Assembly: GCA_937873005.1 (NCBI GenBank)
Contig: CALMUY010000208.1
Span: 1 to 48,671, forward strand
Length of the DNA: 48,671 nt
Reading direction: 5' to 3'
From: an uncultured Aeromicrobium sp.
Lineage (GTDB): Bacteria > Actinomycetota > Actinomycetes > Propionibacteriales > Nocardioidaceae
The notes under the pieces were generated by a model. That model searched no databases and was not told where the DNA came from. It saw only the letters and a list, made by a program, of their open reading frames with translations. Positions within the stretch are counted from its first letter, which is position 1; each line of letters begins with the position of its first letter. The translations under genes and the position numbers were made by a program. This document shows positions 1-9,171 of this stretch, one piece after another.

Positions 1-963
1 CTTGTCGAGGTGCTCAATGCCAGGCACGCGCGCGATGATCGTCCGTGGGAGGCCAAAGATACGCTCAAGAACGTCTTAGTCATGCTCGTTCACTCAGACG
101 GTCGACGCGAACCGTTGGCCATCGGGGTGCCGGGGGACCGGGAAATCGATGTAAAGCGCCTTGAGACGAAGGTGGCGCCGGCTGAAGTAGACGCATTCAC
201 GGAGGCCGATTTCGCCGCCAATCCCGCGCTCGTCAGGGGATACATCGGGCCGGAAGTTCTGGGGGAGTCGCGGGCGAGCGGCATCCGCTACCTCCTCGAT
301 CCGCGCGTAGTCTCGGGCACTGTCTGGGCAACGGGCGCCAACGTGCAAGGTAAACACGTGCTCAATTTGACCGCGGGCCGTGACTTTGAAGCCGACGGCG
401 TCATCGAGGCTGCTGAAGTGCGTGCTGGCGATCTGGCGCCCGACGGCTCAGGTCAATTGGAATTGGCGCGCGGCATCGAGATGGGCCATATTTTCCAGTT
501 GGGTCGCAAATATGCCGAACGGCTTGGTCTGCAAGTACTCAACGAGAACGGTTCGCTGACCACTGTGACCATGGGTTCCTACGGTGTGGGTGTCTCGCGT
601 GCCGTCGGAGTCATCGTTGAGAGTTCACACGACGATGCGGGCATTGTCTGGCCGCGGTCGGTTTCGCCGTTTGACGTGCATCTTGTGGTTGCCGGCAAGG
701 CGCCGGAAATGTTCGAGGCCGCGGAGCGTATCGTTGCCGATCTCGAGTCGGCGGGTCTGAGCGTGTTGTTTGATGATCGCCCAAAGGTTTCACCCGGCGT
801 GAAGTTCAAGGACGCCGAGTTGATTGGCGTGCCAACGATTGTCGTGGTTGGCAAGAATATCTCCGACGGCATCGTCGAAATCAAAGACCGGAAGAGTGGC
901 GATCGGCGCGATGTTGCGCTTTCGGACGCGACCGCTGAAATTCTTGGTGAGGTTCGAGGCTAG
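1..963 (+). CDS. proS: Prolyl-tRNA synthetase, 5'-truncated by window edge
   Basis: Editing-domain segment (TLKNV...GYIGP), class II motifs RGIEMGHIFQLG and MGSYGVGVSR, anticodon-binding domain FDDRPKVSPGVKFKDAELIG. Confidence 0.97.
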   Translation, partial: LVEVLNARHARDDRPWEAKDTLKNVLVMLVHSDGRREPLAIGVPGDREIDVKRLETKVAPAEVDAFTEADFAANPALVRGYIGPEVLGESRASGIRYLLDPRVVSGTVWATGANVQGKHVLNLTAGRDFEADGVIEAAEVRAGDLAPDGSGQLELARGIEMGHIFQLGRKYAERLGLQVLNENGSLTTVTMGSYGVGVSRAVGVIVESSHDDAGIVWPRSVSPFDVHLVVAGKAPEMFEAAERIVADLESAGLSVLFDDRPKVSPGVKFKDAELIGVPTIVVVGKNISDGIVEIKDRKSGDRRDVALSDATAEILGEVRG

Positions 964-1388
964 CGGCCGTTTTTCGGATCGAGTCCGGGAAAGGCAGACG
1001 GGGCTGCTCCCCATCGCGTGCTCGCCGCCGCAGTGTTCGTCAGCATGGTGACCACTGCGGCGCGGTCTGATCCGTGTGTCAGCGCCACGAGTTCTAACTG
1101 GACTGTGTTGAGTTGTCCTAGCAATGTTCGGGCAGCCAAACGCATATCCTCGTCGCTGTCGAGGCCTTCGTTCGGATAGCCAGGGTGCGACGACGAAGGT
1201 GTTTCTTCTGCAGCCAGAAGTTCGGCACGTAACTTGTCACGTGATGTCTCTCGCTGTTTCTTCGAGGCTAAGGCCAGTTTGCGTAAGGTTGAACTCCGCG
1301 CTGCGATCGTGCCAAAAAGCCATACGGCTTGGTGTTCCAGTTCGAGCAGTTCTTGACGGCGAATCGTGAGCCTTGTCATGGGATTCAA
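960..1388 (-). CDS. DUF4439-like (ferritin-like helical) protein; start may be ATG 1379
   Basis: LEHQAVWLFG and C-terminal WGAAPSAFPGL resemble the DUF4439 family; typical position between proS and rimP in actinomycetes. Confidence 0.7.
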   Translation of the reverse strand: MNPMTRLTIRRQELLELEHQAVWLFGTIAARSSTLRKLALASKKQRETSRDKLRAELLAAEETPSSSHPGYPNEGLDSDEDMRLAARTLLGQLNTVQLELVALTHGSDRAAVVTMLTNTAAASTRWGAAPSAFPGLDPKNGR

Positions 1389-1825
1389 TCCTCACTATCG
1401 GTGGACATCGTGACGGCCAACTGGGCGAGTCCGGCAGCCATTGCTGCAAATACTTGAGCGAGTTGGGTTGAAATGGATGCGACGGCATCACTTTCACGAC
1501 GTTGCGTGGCCTTCTGGAGGTGAACAACGAATTCTTCTGGGCTAATTTCGTCGTCGCGAACTGGCGTCGTTGGCGAACCCCCAAGGCCTCTAATCTGCTT
1601 GGTCAGGAGTTCGACTGCAGTCTGCGAATTCAGGCTCGTTGCGGCAGCGAGGAGTGTTTGCGTATCAGCCACCGCTTTATTTACCCGTGTCGTGTCTGAT
1701 TCGCGCACTTGTGGCGATGGATCGACACCGAGCGCACCAACGAGTTCGTCGGTTTTTTGGCTCAGCACGACGGCGCCGGCGCCCAAAGCGAGCGCCCCGA
1801 TCAGGATTGTTCGTCGTGTTGGCAC
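1385..1825 (-). CDS. Hypothetical exported helical protein with twin-arginine-like signal
   Basis: N-terminus MPTRRTILIGALALGAGAVVLS; TAGAGT -10 box 6 nt before GTG; abuts the DUF4439-like gene. Confidence 0.7.
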   Translation of the reverse strand: MPTRRTILIGALALGAGAVVLSQKTDELVGALGVDPSPQVRESDTTRVNKAVADTQTLLAAATSLNSQTAVELLTKQIRGLGGSPTTPVRDDEISPEEFVVHLQKATQRRESDAVASISTQLAQVFAAMAAGLAQLAVTMSTDSED

Positions 1826-1856
1826 AACAGAACTCTACCTAGTGGGCATCGTTCGA

Positions 1857-1862
1857 TAGGCT
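1857..1862 (+). promoter_or_regulatory. Putative -10 box of the rimP-nusA-infB operon
   Basis: TAGGCT hexamer about 40 nt upstream of rimP; the same hexamer precedes ftsK, pyk and polA. Confidence 0.5.
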
Positions 1863-1904
1863 AAGTCACTACCGCAGCAAACTCACAACAGAACAGGCCC
1901 CACC

Positions 1905-2357
1905 ATGAACGACAGCATCGACGCTTTGATCGAACCGAAAGTGCGAGAACTGGGGTTTGACCTCGAAGCAGTGGAGCTCAAGGGCCAAGGCAAACACCGC
2001 GTCCTGCGAGTCGCTATTGACTCTGATGCTGGCGTAGGCATTGACGAGATTGCGCGCGTGACTCGGGCTCTCGGTCCGGTCCTCGACGATACGAACGAAA
2101 TGGGCAATCTGCCTTATACACTCGAAGTCACGACACGTGGTGTTGACCGGCCACTCACGTTGCCGCGGCATTGGCGCCGTAATCACGGTCGAGTCGTTGC
2201 CGTTGATTTGGTCGACACCGAACGTTTTGAAGCCCGGATTGGTGCGAGCGATGACGAAGGCGTGGATCTTGAAGTCAAAGGCGAAGCCACACGGTTTCCC
2301 TTTTCCGACATCGCCAAAGCTGTAATTCAAGTTGAACTGAATCGAAAGGACGTCTGA
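1905..2357 (+). CDS. rimP: Ribosome maturation factor RimP
   Basis: [14 protein letters not shown] motif; directly upstream of nusA with TGATG overlap. Confidence 0.95.
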   Translation: MNDSIDALIEPKVRELGFDLEAVELKGQGKHRVLRVAIDSDAGVGIDEIARVTRALGPVLDDTNEMGNLPYTLEVTTRGVDRPLTLPRHWRRNHGRVVAVDLVDTERFEARIGASDDEGVDLEVKGEATRFPFSDIAKAVIQVELNRKDV

Positions 2358-3460
2358 TGCATATCGACATGAGCGCACTTCGCGCGCTAGAACGGGAGAA
2401 GCAGATCCCCTTCGATTCCATCGTTGAAGCGATCGAGACCGCATTGCTGTCGGCCTACCACAAAGTGGCAGGTGCGCACCAGAACGCCAGAGTCGACCTA
2501 GATCGCACAACAGGTACGGTCGTCGTTTGGGCTAAAGAACGACTTGAAGATGAAATCGTGGAAATTCCACGTGAATCGGACGCAAGCGACGATGACTCGC
2601 GTGAGGACGAGGATTCACTCATCGTCAAGCGAGTCCCGCGATTCAGCCAAGAGTTCGACGACACGCCCGAGGATTTCGGTCGGTTTGCGGCGAGCGTAGC
2701 CCGTCAGCTCATCATGCAGCGAATTCGTGACATGGAAAACGAAGCAACTTTCGGTGAGTTTTCTGGACGTGTGGGGGATATCGTCTCGGGCATCATCCAG
2801 CAGGGCCGCAGCCCTGGCGACGTTCTTGTCGACCTCGGGCCTATCGAAGCACTGATGCCCGCGGCAGAACGCGTCCCAGAAGAGCGGTACGGGCATGGCG
2901 AACGCATTAAGGCTTACGTATACGACGTCGAGCGTGGCCCCCGAGGACCTCGCGTCAAAGTGTCACGCACCCATCCGAACCTAGTGAAAATGCTGTTCGC
3001 GCTCGAAACGCCAGAGATTGCTGACGGCACCGTCGAGATCGTGGCAATCGCTCGGGAGGCTGGTCACCGAACCAAAATCGCCGTTCGCGCCACCGTTCCC
3101 GGCGTCAACGCCAAGGGCGCGTGTATCGGGCCGATGGGTCAGCGGGTACGAAACGTGATGCACGAATTGCACGGCGAAAAAATTGACATCGTCGACTACA
3201 TGGACGATCCCGCCGACTTTATTGCGCAAGCGCTCTCGCCGGCCCAGGTCTCAGCGGTAACGATTGTTGATGCAAATGCACGGGCAGCACGAGTCATTGT
3301 TCCGGACTTCCAATTGTCGCTCGCGATCGGCAAGGAAGGGCAAAACGCTCGGCTTGCCGCCAAGTTGACCTCGTGGCGCATTGACATTCGTCCCGATTCG
3401 CAAACAGATTCCGCCCACGAGCGGAGTGGCGATTCGAATTCATCAGGTAGTAACGGCTAG
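2357..3460 (+). CDS. nusA: Transcription termination/antitermination factor NusA
   Basis: S1 and KH domains ([42 protein letters not shown]). Confidence 0.98.
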   Translation: MHIDMSALRALEREKQIPFDSIVEAIETALLSAYHKVAGAHQNARVDLDRTTGTVVVWAKERLEDEIVEIPRESDASDDDSREDEDSLIVKRVPRFSQEFDDTPEDFGRFAASVARQLIMQRIRDMENEATFGEFSGRVGDIVSGIIQQGRSPGDVLVDLGPIEALMPAAERVPEERYGHGERIKAYVYDVERGPRGPRVKVSRTHPNLVKMLFALETPEIADGTVEIVAIAREAGHRTKIAVRATVPGVNAKGACIGPMGQRVRNVMHELHGEKIDIVDYMDDPADFIAQALSPAQVSAVTIVDANARAARVIVPDFQLSLAIGKEGQNARLAAKLTSWRIDIRPDSQTDSAHERSGDSNSSGSNG

Positions 3461-3462
3461 AC

Positions 3463-3765
3463 TTGGCTGCGGTAATCCGCACGTGTATCGGTTGTCGAGA
3501 GCGTGCAGCTAAGATTGCTTTGGTGCGTGTCGTGGCAGTGCCAGCTGGAAGTTCTTGGGAACTGACTGTTGACGAGTCTCGAACGCAACTGGGACGTGGG
3601 GCGTATCTACACCCCACCGAGCAGTGTCTGAAAGCCGCGATCACTCGCAAGGCATTCGGCCGGGCTCTTCGAATCGAAGGGCGCATTGAGGCTGATGTGC
3701 TCCATGAGTGGTGGGCCAAACGATCCACACCAACTGACCAGAAGGAATCGAACGATTCCCATTGA
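3463..3765 (+). CDS. ylxR: YlxR (DUF448) RNA-binding protein
   Basis: RTCIGCR...GRGAYLHP...CL motif; between nusA and infB. Confidence 0.92.
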   Translation: MAAVIRTCIGCRERAAKIALVRVVAVPAGSSWELTVDESRTQLGRGAYLHPTEQCLKAAITRKAFGRALRIEGRIEADVLHEWWAKRSTPTDQKESNDSH

Positions 3766-3860
3766 CGAAATCGGAGCACACGCTCATGAGCACTCGATGA
3801 ATACATCAAAATGAGCCTGCACATCAATTTGTGATCCGTCCCTTCGGGCGGATCGCCTGA
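3762..3860 (+). other. Chain of four overlapping mini-ORFs plus hairpin directly upstream of infB
   Basis: ATG3786-TGA3800 (MSTR), ATG3797-TGA3814 (MNTSK), ATG3811-TGA3834 (MSLHINL), GTG3831-TGA3860 (MIRPFGRIA); hairpin 3831-3856; translation is not demonstrated. Confidence 0.6.
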
Positions 3861-3869
3861 AGGAGAAAA

Positions 3870-6713
3870 GTGGCTGTCAGAGTCCACGAACTCGCCAAAG
3901 AGTTCGGTGTTGAGAGCAAAGAAGTCCTAGCTGTCTTAAAAGACATGGGCGAATATGTAAAGTCCGCTGCGTCGTCGGTTGAGCCCCCAGTGGCTCGCCG
4001 ACTCGAAGAAGAACACGGCGCGCGACTCCGCGAAATGGGTGAAAAGAAGGCCGCCAAGAAGGCTGCCAAAAAGGCACCCGCCAAGAAGGCGGCTGCCGCG
4101 CCTGCTGCGCCAGTCGACGACGTACCTGCGCAAAGCACACCTGTCGAAGACACTTCGACTGACGCACCTGCAGAAGCGCCGGCAAAGAGGACGGCCGCTA
4201 AGAAGGCTGTTGTCAAGCCAGGACCTCCGGCACCTAAGAAGGCTGAAGAGCCCGAAAAGGTTGAAGTGGTCGAGGCCGAGACCTCCAAGGAGCCGCCTGG
4301 GGCACCTCGCCCGGGTGGTCCGCGTCCAGGCCCGCGTCCAGGCTCTGCCGGAGGGCTGCCAACTGGTGGCAATCGTCCAGGCCCGCGCCCAACTGGTGCG
4401 CGCCCCGGGAACAACCCTTTCTCGGCAACGCAGGGTATGCAACAGAACCGTCCTCCGCGTCCTCCTGCGGCGCGCGAAGGCGGAGTTCCCGGTCGTCCGG
4501 GAATGCCACGGCCTAATCCGGCGATGATGCCGAAGCAGTCCGGTCTTGCCGGCCAACCCGGACCTCGTCCCGGTGGTCGCGGTCCCGGTGGACCTGGCGG
4601 TCGACCAGGTGGTCGTCCAGGTGGTGCACCCGGCGGTCGCCCAGGAGGCGCACCCGGCGGTCGCCCAGGAGGCGCACCCGGTGCTCGCCCAGGTGGCGCA
4701 CCCGGTGGCGGCGGTGGCTTCGGCGGACCTCCGAACCGTGGCCCCGGCGGCGGTCCTGGTGGTCGCGGTCCTGGTGGCCGTGGCGGAACGCAGGGTGCGT
4801 TTGGTCGCGCTGGCGGTCCGGTACGTCGAGGACGCAAGAGCAAACGCGCGAAGCGTCAGGAATTCGATCAGATGCAGGCGCCGTCGATTGGCGGCGTGCG
4901 GGTCCGTAAGGGCAACGGCGAAGTGGTGCGGATGGCGCGCGGCGCTTCCTTGACTGATTTCGCCGAAAAGATCGGTGTAGACGCAGCCTCGCTGGTCCAA
5001 GTCTTGTTCCACTTGGGCGAAATGGTCACAGCGACGCAATCTGTCAATGATGAAACTCTGCAGATTCTCGGCGAAGAACTGAACTATGACGTTCAGGTCG
5101 TGTCACCAGAAGACGAAGATCGTGAATTGTTGGAGTCTTTCTCGCTCGAGTTCGGCGAACACGAAGGCGATGATGAAGACCTCGTAGCTCGACCACCCGT
5201 GGTTACCGTGATGGGTCACGTTGATCACGGTAAGACGAAGTTGCTCGACGCGTTGCGTAGCGCAAACGTCGTGGCCAAAGAGGCCGGTGGAATCACGCAG
5301 ACCATCGGTGCATATCAAGTCACGACTGATGTCGATGGCAAGGAACGCGCCATTACGTTCATCGATACGCCCGGTCACGAAGCGTTTACCGCGATGCGCG
5401 CACGAGGCGCTCAGGCGACCGATATCGCAGTGCTTGTCGTTGCAGCTGATGACGGTGTCATGCCGCAAACGGTTGAAGCCTTGAACCACGCTAAGGCTGC
5501 TGGCGTTCCGATCGTCGTTGCGGTGAACAAGGTCGATAAGCCAGCGGCAGACCCGCAGCGTGCCCGCGGTCAGCTTTCCGAATACGGTCTGGTGCCCGAA
5601 GAATACGGCGGCGACGCAATGTTCGTCGACGTTTCGGCCAAGGCCGGAACGGGCCTTGAAGAACTGCTCGAAGCAATCGTTTTGACGGCGGATGCTTCGC
5701 TGGATCTTCGCGCGAACCCGAACCAGAACGCTGAAGGTCTCGCGATCGAAGCGCATTTGGATCGCGGCAGGGGCCCTGTTGCAACCGTCTTGGTTCAACG
5801 CGGCACTTTGCGCGTGGGCGACTCGATCGTTGCCGGTCCGGCTTTCGGTCGCGTTCGTGCCATGCTCGATGAGCACGGCGACCCGATCGATGAGGCGTCT
5901 CCATCACGTCCGGCGCTTGTCTTGGGCTTGACCGCAGTACCCGGTGCTGGCGACAACTTCATGGTCGTCGACGATGATCGCATTGCCCGCCAGATCGCAG
6001 AAAAGCGCGAGGCACGTGAACGTAATGCTTTGTTGGCGAAGCGTTCAGGTCGTCGTACGCTCGAAGAGTTCATGTCTTCGATGGAAAAGGGCGAGTCCAA
6101 CGAACTGTTGCTCATCCTCAAGGGCGACGGTTCCGGTTCGGTCGAAGCGCTCGAAGACGCACTCAGCCAGATCGATATTGGCGACGAGGTCTCGTTGCGA
6201 GTTATCGACCGGGGTGTCGGTGCTATCACCGAGACCAACGTCGACCTTGCTGCCGCATCGAACGCGATCATCATCGGCTACAACGTTCGTGCGCAAGGTA
6301 AGGCAACCGAGGTCGCGGACCGTGAAGGTGTCGAAATCCGCTACTACTCGGTCATCTATCAGGCCATCGATGAAATCGAAGCGGCACTCAAGGGCATGCT
6401 CAAGCCGATCTACGAAGAGCACCAACTTGGTCAGGCAGAAATCCGCGAGATCTTCCGTTCCTCGAAGATCGGAAATATCGCGGGCTGCATGATCACGTCC
6501 GGTACTGTACGCCGCAATGCGAAGGCGCGTTTGCTTCGCGACGGCGCTGTCGTGGCCGACAACCTCGATCTCGCCAGTTTGCGCCGCGAACGCGACGACG
6601 CTGCTGAAGTCCGCGAAGGCTTCGAATGCGGCATCGTGCTCAAGGGTTATGGCGATATCAAGATCGGTGACATCATCGAGTCGTTCGAACTTCGCGAGAA
6701 GGCGCGCGACTGA
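3870..6713 (+). CDS. infB: Translation initiation factor IF-2
   Basis: [10 protein letters not shown]-terminus, GTPase motifs [20 protein letters not shown]; AGGAG SD at 3861-3865. Confidence 0.99.
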   Translation: MAVRVHELAKEFGVESKEVLAVLKDMGEYVKSAASSVEPPVARRLEEEHGARLREMGEKKAAKKAAKKAPAKKAAAAPAAPVDDVPAQSTPVEDTSTDAPAEAPAKRTAAKKAVVKPGPPAPKKAEEPEKVEVVEAETSKEPPGAPRPGGPRPGPRPGSAGGLPTGGNRPGPRPTGARPGNNPFSATQGMQQNRPPRPPAAREGGVPGRPGMPRPNPAMMPKQSGLAGQPGPRPGGRGPGGPGGRPGGRPGGAPGGRPGGAPGGRPGGAPGARPGGAPGGGGGFGGPPNRGPGGGPGGRGPGGRGGTQGAFGRAGGPVRRGRKSKRAKRQEFDQMQAPSIGGVRVRKGNGEVVRMARGASLTDFAEKIGVDAASLVQVLFHLGEMVTATQSVNDETLQILGEELNYDVQVVSPEDEDRELLESFSLEFGEHEGDDEDLVARPPVVTVMGHVDHGKTKLLDALRSANVVAKEAGGITQTIGAYQVTTDVDGKERAITFIDTPGHEAFTAMRARGAQATDIAVLVVAADDGVMPQTVEALNHAKAAGVPIVVAVNKVDKPAADPQRARGQLSEYGLVPEEYGGDAMFVDVSAKAGTGLEELLEAIVLTADASLDLRANPNQNAEGLAIEAHLDRGRGPVATVLVQRGTLRVGDSIVAGPAFGRVRAMLDEHGDPIDEASPSRPALVLGLTAVPGAGDNFMVVDDDRIARQIAEKREARERNALLAKRSGRRTLEEFMSSMEKGESNELLLILKGDGSGSVEALEDALSQIDIGDEVSLRVIDRGVGAITETNVDLAAASNAIIIGYNVRAQGKATEVADREGVEIRYYSVIYQAIDEIEAALKGMLKPIYEEHQLGQAEIREIFRSSKIGNIAGCMITSGTVRRNAKARLLRDGAVVADNLDLASLRRERDDAAEVREGFECGIVLKGYGDIKIGDIIESFELREKARD
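4626..4681 (+). repeat. 24-bp coding tandem repeat in the Gly/Pro/Arg-rich N-terminal region of IF2
   Basis: GCACCCGGCGGTCGCCCAGGAGGC x2 plus partial copy, encoding APGGRPGG; degenerate copies flank it. Confidence 0.85.
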
Positions 6714-7153
6714 TGCCAGGCCCCCAGCATGCCAAGAAAACCGACCGGATCAAGGAACTCGTTGCCGGGGTGCTGGAACGACGCATCAAAGATCCGCGTT
6801 TGGGTTTCGTCACGATCACGGACGTGCGGCTGACCGGAGACGGTCAGCACGCGTCGGTGTTCTACACGGTGTTTGGTGACGAGGCGGCCCGCCGTGACAC
6901 GGCGGCCGCCTTGGCCAGCGCTACTGGGCTGATCAGGTCTGAAGTCGGTAAGCATTTGGGTGCACGGCATACGCCAACCATTGAGTTCCACCTCGACGCG
7001 GTCCCAGAGGCGGCTCAGGAGATCGAAGACCTTATCGCGAAGGCGAAACAGTCTGATGCGGCCATCGCGGACCAGGCTTCTAGCGCCGATTTCGCGGGCG
7101 AAGCGAACCCCTATCGCGAACGCCATGAAAAGTCGCCCGACGAGGATGGCTGA
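6713..7153 (+). CDS. rbfA: Ribosome-binding factor A
   Basis: IKDPRLGFVTITDVRLTGD...RHTPTIEF; TGATG overlap with infB. Confidence 0.97.
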   Translation: MPGPQHAKKTDRIKELVAGVLERRIKDPRLGFVTITDVRLTGDGQHASVFYTVFGDEAARRDTAAALASATGLIRSEVGKHLGARHTPTIEFHLDAVPEAAQEIEDLIAKAKQSDAAIADQASSADFAGEANPYRERHEKSPDEDG

Positions 7154-8045
7154 CAAGGCGGCGGCTCGTCACAGTTTCACCGACCCTGGTTTCGTCTTGG
7201 TGGACAAGCCGCAGGGCTGGACGAGTCACGATGTTGTTGGCCGTACGCGACGCGTCCTTGGTACGCGGAAGGTTGGCCATTCTGGAACCCTCGATCCGCT
7301 TGCCACGGGGTTACTCATCCTTGGCGTGAATCGATCCACGCGGCTCTTGGGGTATCTGACTGGAGCTGACAAAGAGTACGTCTCGGACATTCGCTTAGGA
7401 ATCGGCACCCACAGCGATGACGCAGACGGTGACGTGGTCACCACAACTGACGCCTCCCACGTGACGAAAGCACATATAGAGGAAGCGCTGACGGCGTTCC
7501 GTGGCACTATTTCTCAAGTTCCGTCCTCGGTTTCGGCCATCAAAGTTGATGGGCGGCGCGCCCACGAACGAGTCCGGGCAGGGGAAGACGTTTCCTTGCC
7601 ACCACGAGATGTCACCATTTATGAGTGCGAGCTCCTTGATTTCACCCCTGGAACGCATCCGGACATTCGCATTCGGGTGAAGTGCTCGAGCGGTACCTAT
7701 ATTCGCTCGATCGCTCGAGATCTTGGTGTGGCACTTGGGGTCGGCGGACATGTGAGAACGCTTCGTCGAACCCAAGTCGGGCAGTTCAAAGTCGAAGAGG
7801 CTGTCGACATCGAATCGTTTACCGAGACTCCGATCGTTCAAACGCCGGCGTCGATCGTTTCGCGTCTTTTTGAAACGCTTGAACTGACGTCAGAAGAAGT
7901 CACCGAGGTGTCCTTTGGTCGTCAGATTCAAGGACGGAACTTCGCCACGGCGGATCTGGGGGCAGTGCTCTCATCCTCTGGGGAGTTCTTGGCTCTCTAT
8001 AAGAACGCAGGAACGGCAATAAGCCCGGTGGCGGTTTTTGCGTGA
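7146..8045 (+). CDS. truB: tRNA pseudouridine(55) synthase
   Basis: DKPQGWTSHDVV, KVGHSGTLDPLATG, CSSGTYIRS; start set at ATG 7146 overlapping the rbfA end. Confidence 0.96.
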   Translation: MADKAAARHSFTDPGFVLVDKPQGWTSHDVVGRTRRVLGTRKVGHSGTLDPLATGLLILGVNRSTRLLGYLTGADKEYVSDIRLGIGTHSDDADGDVVTTTDASHVTKAHIEEALTAFRGTISQVPSSVSAIKVDGRRAHERVRAGEDVSLPPRDVTIYECELLDFTPGTHPDIRIRVKCSSGTYIRSIARDLGVALGVGGHVRTLRRTQVGQFKVEEAVDIESFTETPIVQTPASIVSRLFETLELTSEEVTEVSFGRQIQGRNFATADLGAVLSSSGEFLALYKNAGTAISPVAVFA

Positions 8046-8118
8046 ATGGTCTCATGCAATTGACCCTGTGAAAGATGTTGCTGGCGCAGCCCAGTCTCGA
8101 GTATGGCAAGGTTTTCAC

Positions 8119-9057
8119 GTGAAGGTTTGGCAACACGTTCCCGGCGCAGACGATACTTCGATCGTCGGTCCCAGCGTCGTTACCGTCGGCGTTTTCGATG
8201 GGGTTCATCGTGGTCACCAGGCGCTCATTGCGAAGGTGTCCGCCGAGGCCAAGGCGCGCGACGCTAAGGCAGTCGTGGTTACGTTCGATCCCCATCCGAT
8301 GGCGGTCTTGGTGCCAGAGCATGCGCCACTCATGTTGACCGATATTGAGCATCGAGTTGAGTTGCTTCATCAGGCGGGAGCGGATGAAGTTCGAGTCTTG
8401 AACTTCTCGTTTGAAATGGCTGCTTGGTCGCCCCAAGAGTTCGTCGCAAAGGTGATTTCTGAACAGTGTGGAGCCGCGCATGTGAGCGTTGGTGAGAACT
8501 TCCGATTTGGTGCGAAAGCCGCCGGTACCATCGAAACGTTGCGCGAAATCGGTGCTGACTCGGGTTTCTCAGTCGAAGCCTTTGCTCTCAACGGTGATAC
8601 GAGCCCCTTTTCGTCCTCGCGCATTCGTGCCGCTCTGGCCTGCGGCGACGTGTCGATCGCCAACGATCTCCTTGGTCGCGCACACGAGGTCTTTGGGAAC
8701 GTGATCAAAGGCGAACAACGAGGCAGGGATCTGGGCTTCCCGACGGCGAATGTTGCGGTGCCTCCGGGGATAGCAGTACCGGATGACGGCGTCTATGCGA
8801 CGACCTTCACGGTGGGCGAGAACGTTTACTGGGGTGCCACATCCGTTGGAACGAACCCGACGTTCGCTGGCGAACGGCATCGAACAATTGAAACGTTCGT
8901 GCTCGATCAACCTGATCTCGACATATATGACCGACATGTTGGTGTTGCGTTCCAGGCTCACATTCGCGCCATGGAGAAGTTTGACAACGTGGCTGATTTG
9001 ATTGCACAAATGAACCGAGACGTTGCCGATGTACGAAAAGTGCTCGTGGGGATCTGA
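8119..9057 (+). CDS. ribF: Bifunctional riboflavin kinase / FAD synthetase
   Basis: GVFDGVHRGH, VGENFRFG, RGRDLGFPTAN, SVGTNPTF; start set at GTG 8119. Confidence 0.96.
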   Translation: MKVWQHVPGADDTSIVGPSVVTVGVFDGVHRGHQALIAKVSAEAKARDAKAVVVTFDPHPMAVLVPEHAPLMLTDIEHRVELLHQAGADEVRVLNFSFEMAAWSPQEFVAKVISEQCGAAHVSVGENFRFGAKAAGTIETLREIGADSGFSVEAFALNGDTSPFSSSRIRAALACGDVSIANDLLGRAHEVFGNVIKGEQRGRDLGFPTANVAVPPGIAVPDDGVYATTFTVGENVYWGATSVGTNPTFAGERHRTIETFVLDQPDLDIYDRHVGVAFQAHIRAMEKFDNVADLIAQMNRDVADVRKVLVGI

Positions 9058-9080
9058 CCAGTCGACTGAGCAGATCCATC

Positions 9081-9134
9081 ATGAGAGAGTTCTCATTCTT
9101 GGCTCATGTTCATTTCATTTCGCGGCCTGATGCT
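9081..9134 (+). promoter_or_regulatory. Putative response-regulator operator and -10 box of the repeat-protein/kinase operon
   Basis: ATGAGA-N4-TCTCAT-N5-GCTCAT-N5-TTTCAT (11-bp period); GATGCT 21 nt after the second direct repeat; mirrored at 12806-12859. Confidence 0.7.
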
Positions 9135-9171
9135 GAAGTGGTAAGCAAACGTACCCGTCAGGAGAGTTGTC

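Noticed and set aside
4300-4830. Gly/Pro/Arg repeats and long antisense ORFs (3824-4843, 3936-5039) in infB
   Set aside because: A low-complexity IF2 N-terminus is normal in actinomycetes; the antisense ORFs are GC-rich shadows
6960-7145. Extended N-termini in the ORF track (truB 6960, ribF 8038, thyA 18151, livH 45151)
   Set aside because: The extensions overlap neighbours or promoters; downstream starts fit family N-termini and SD or -10 positions better
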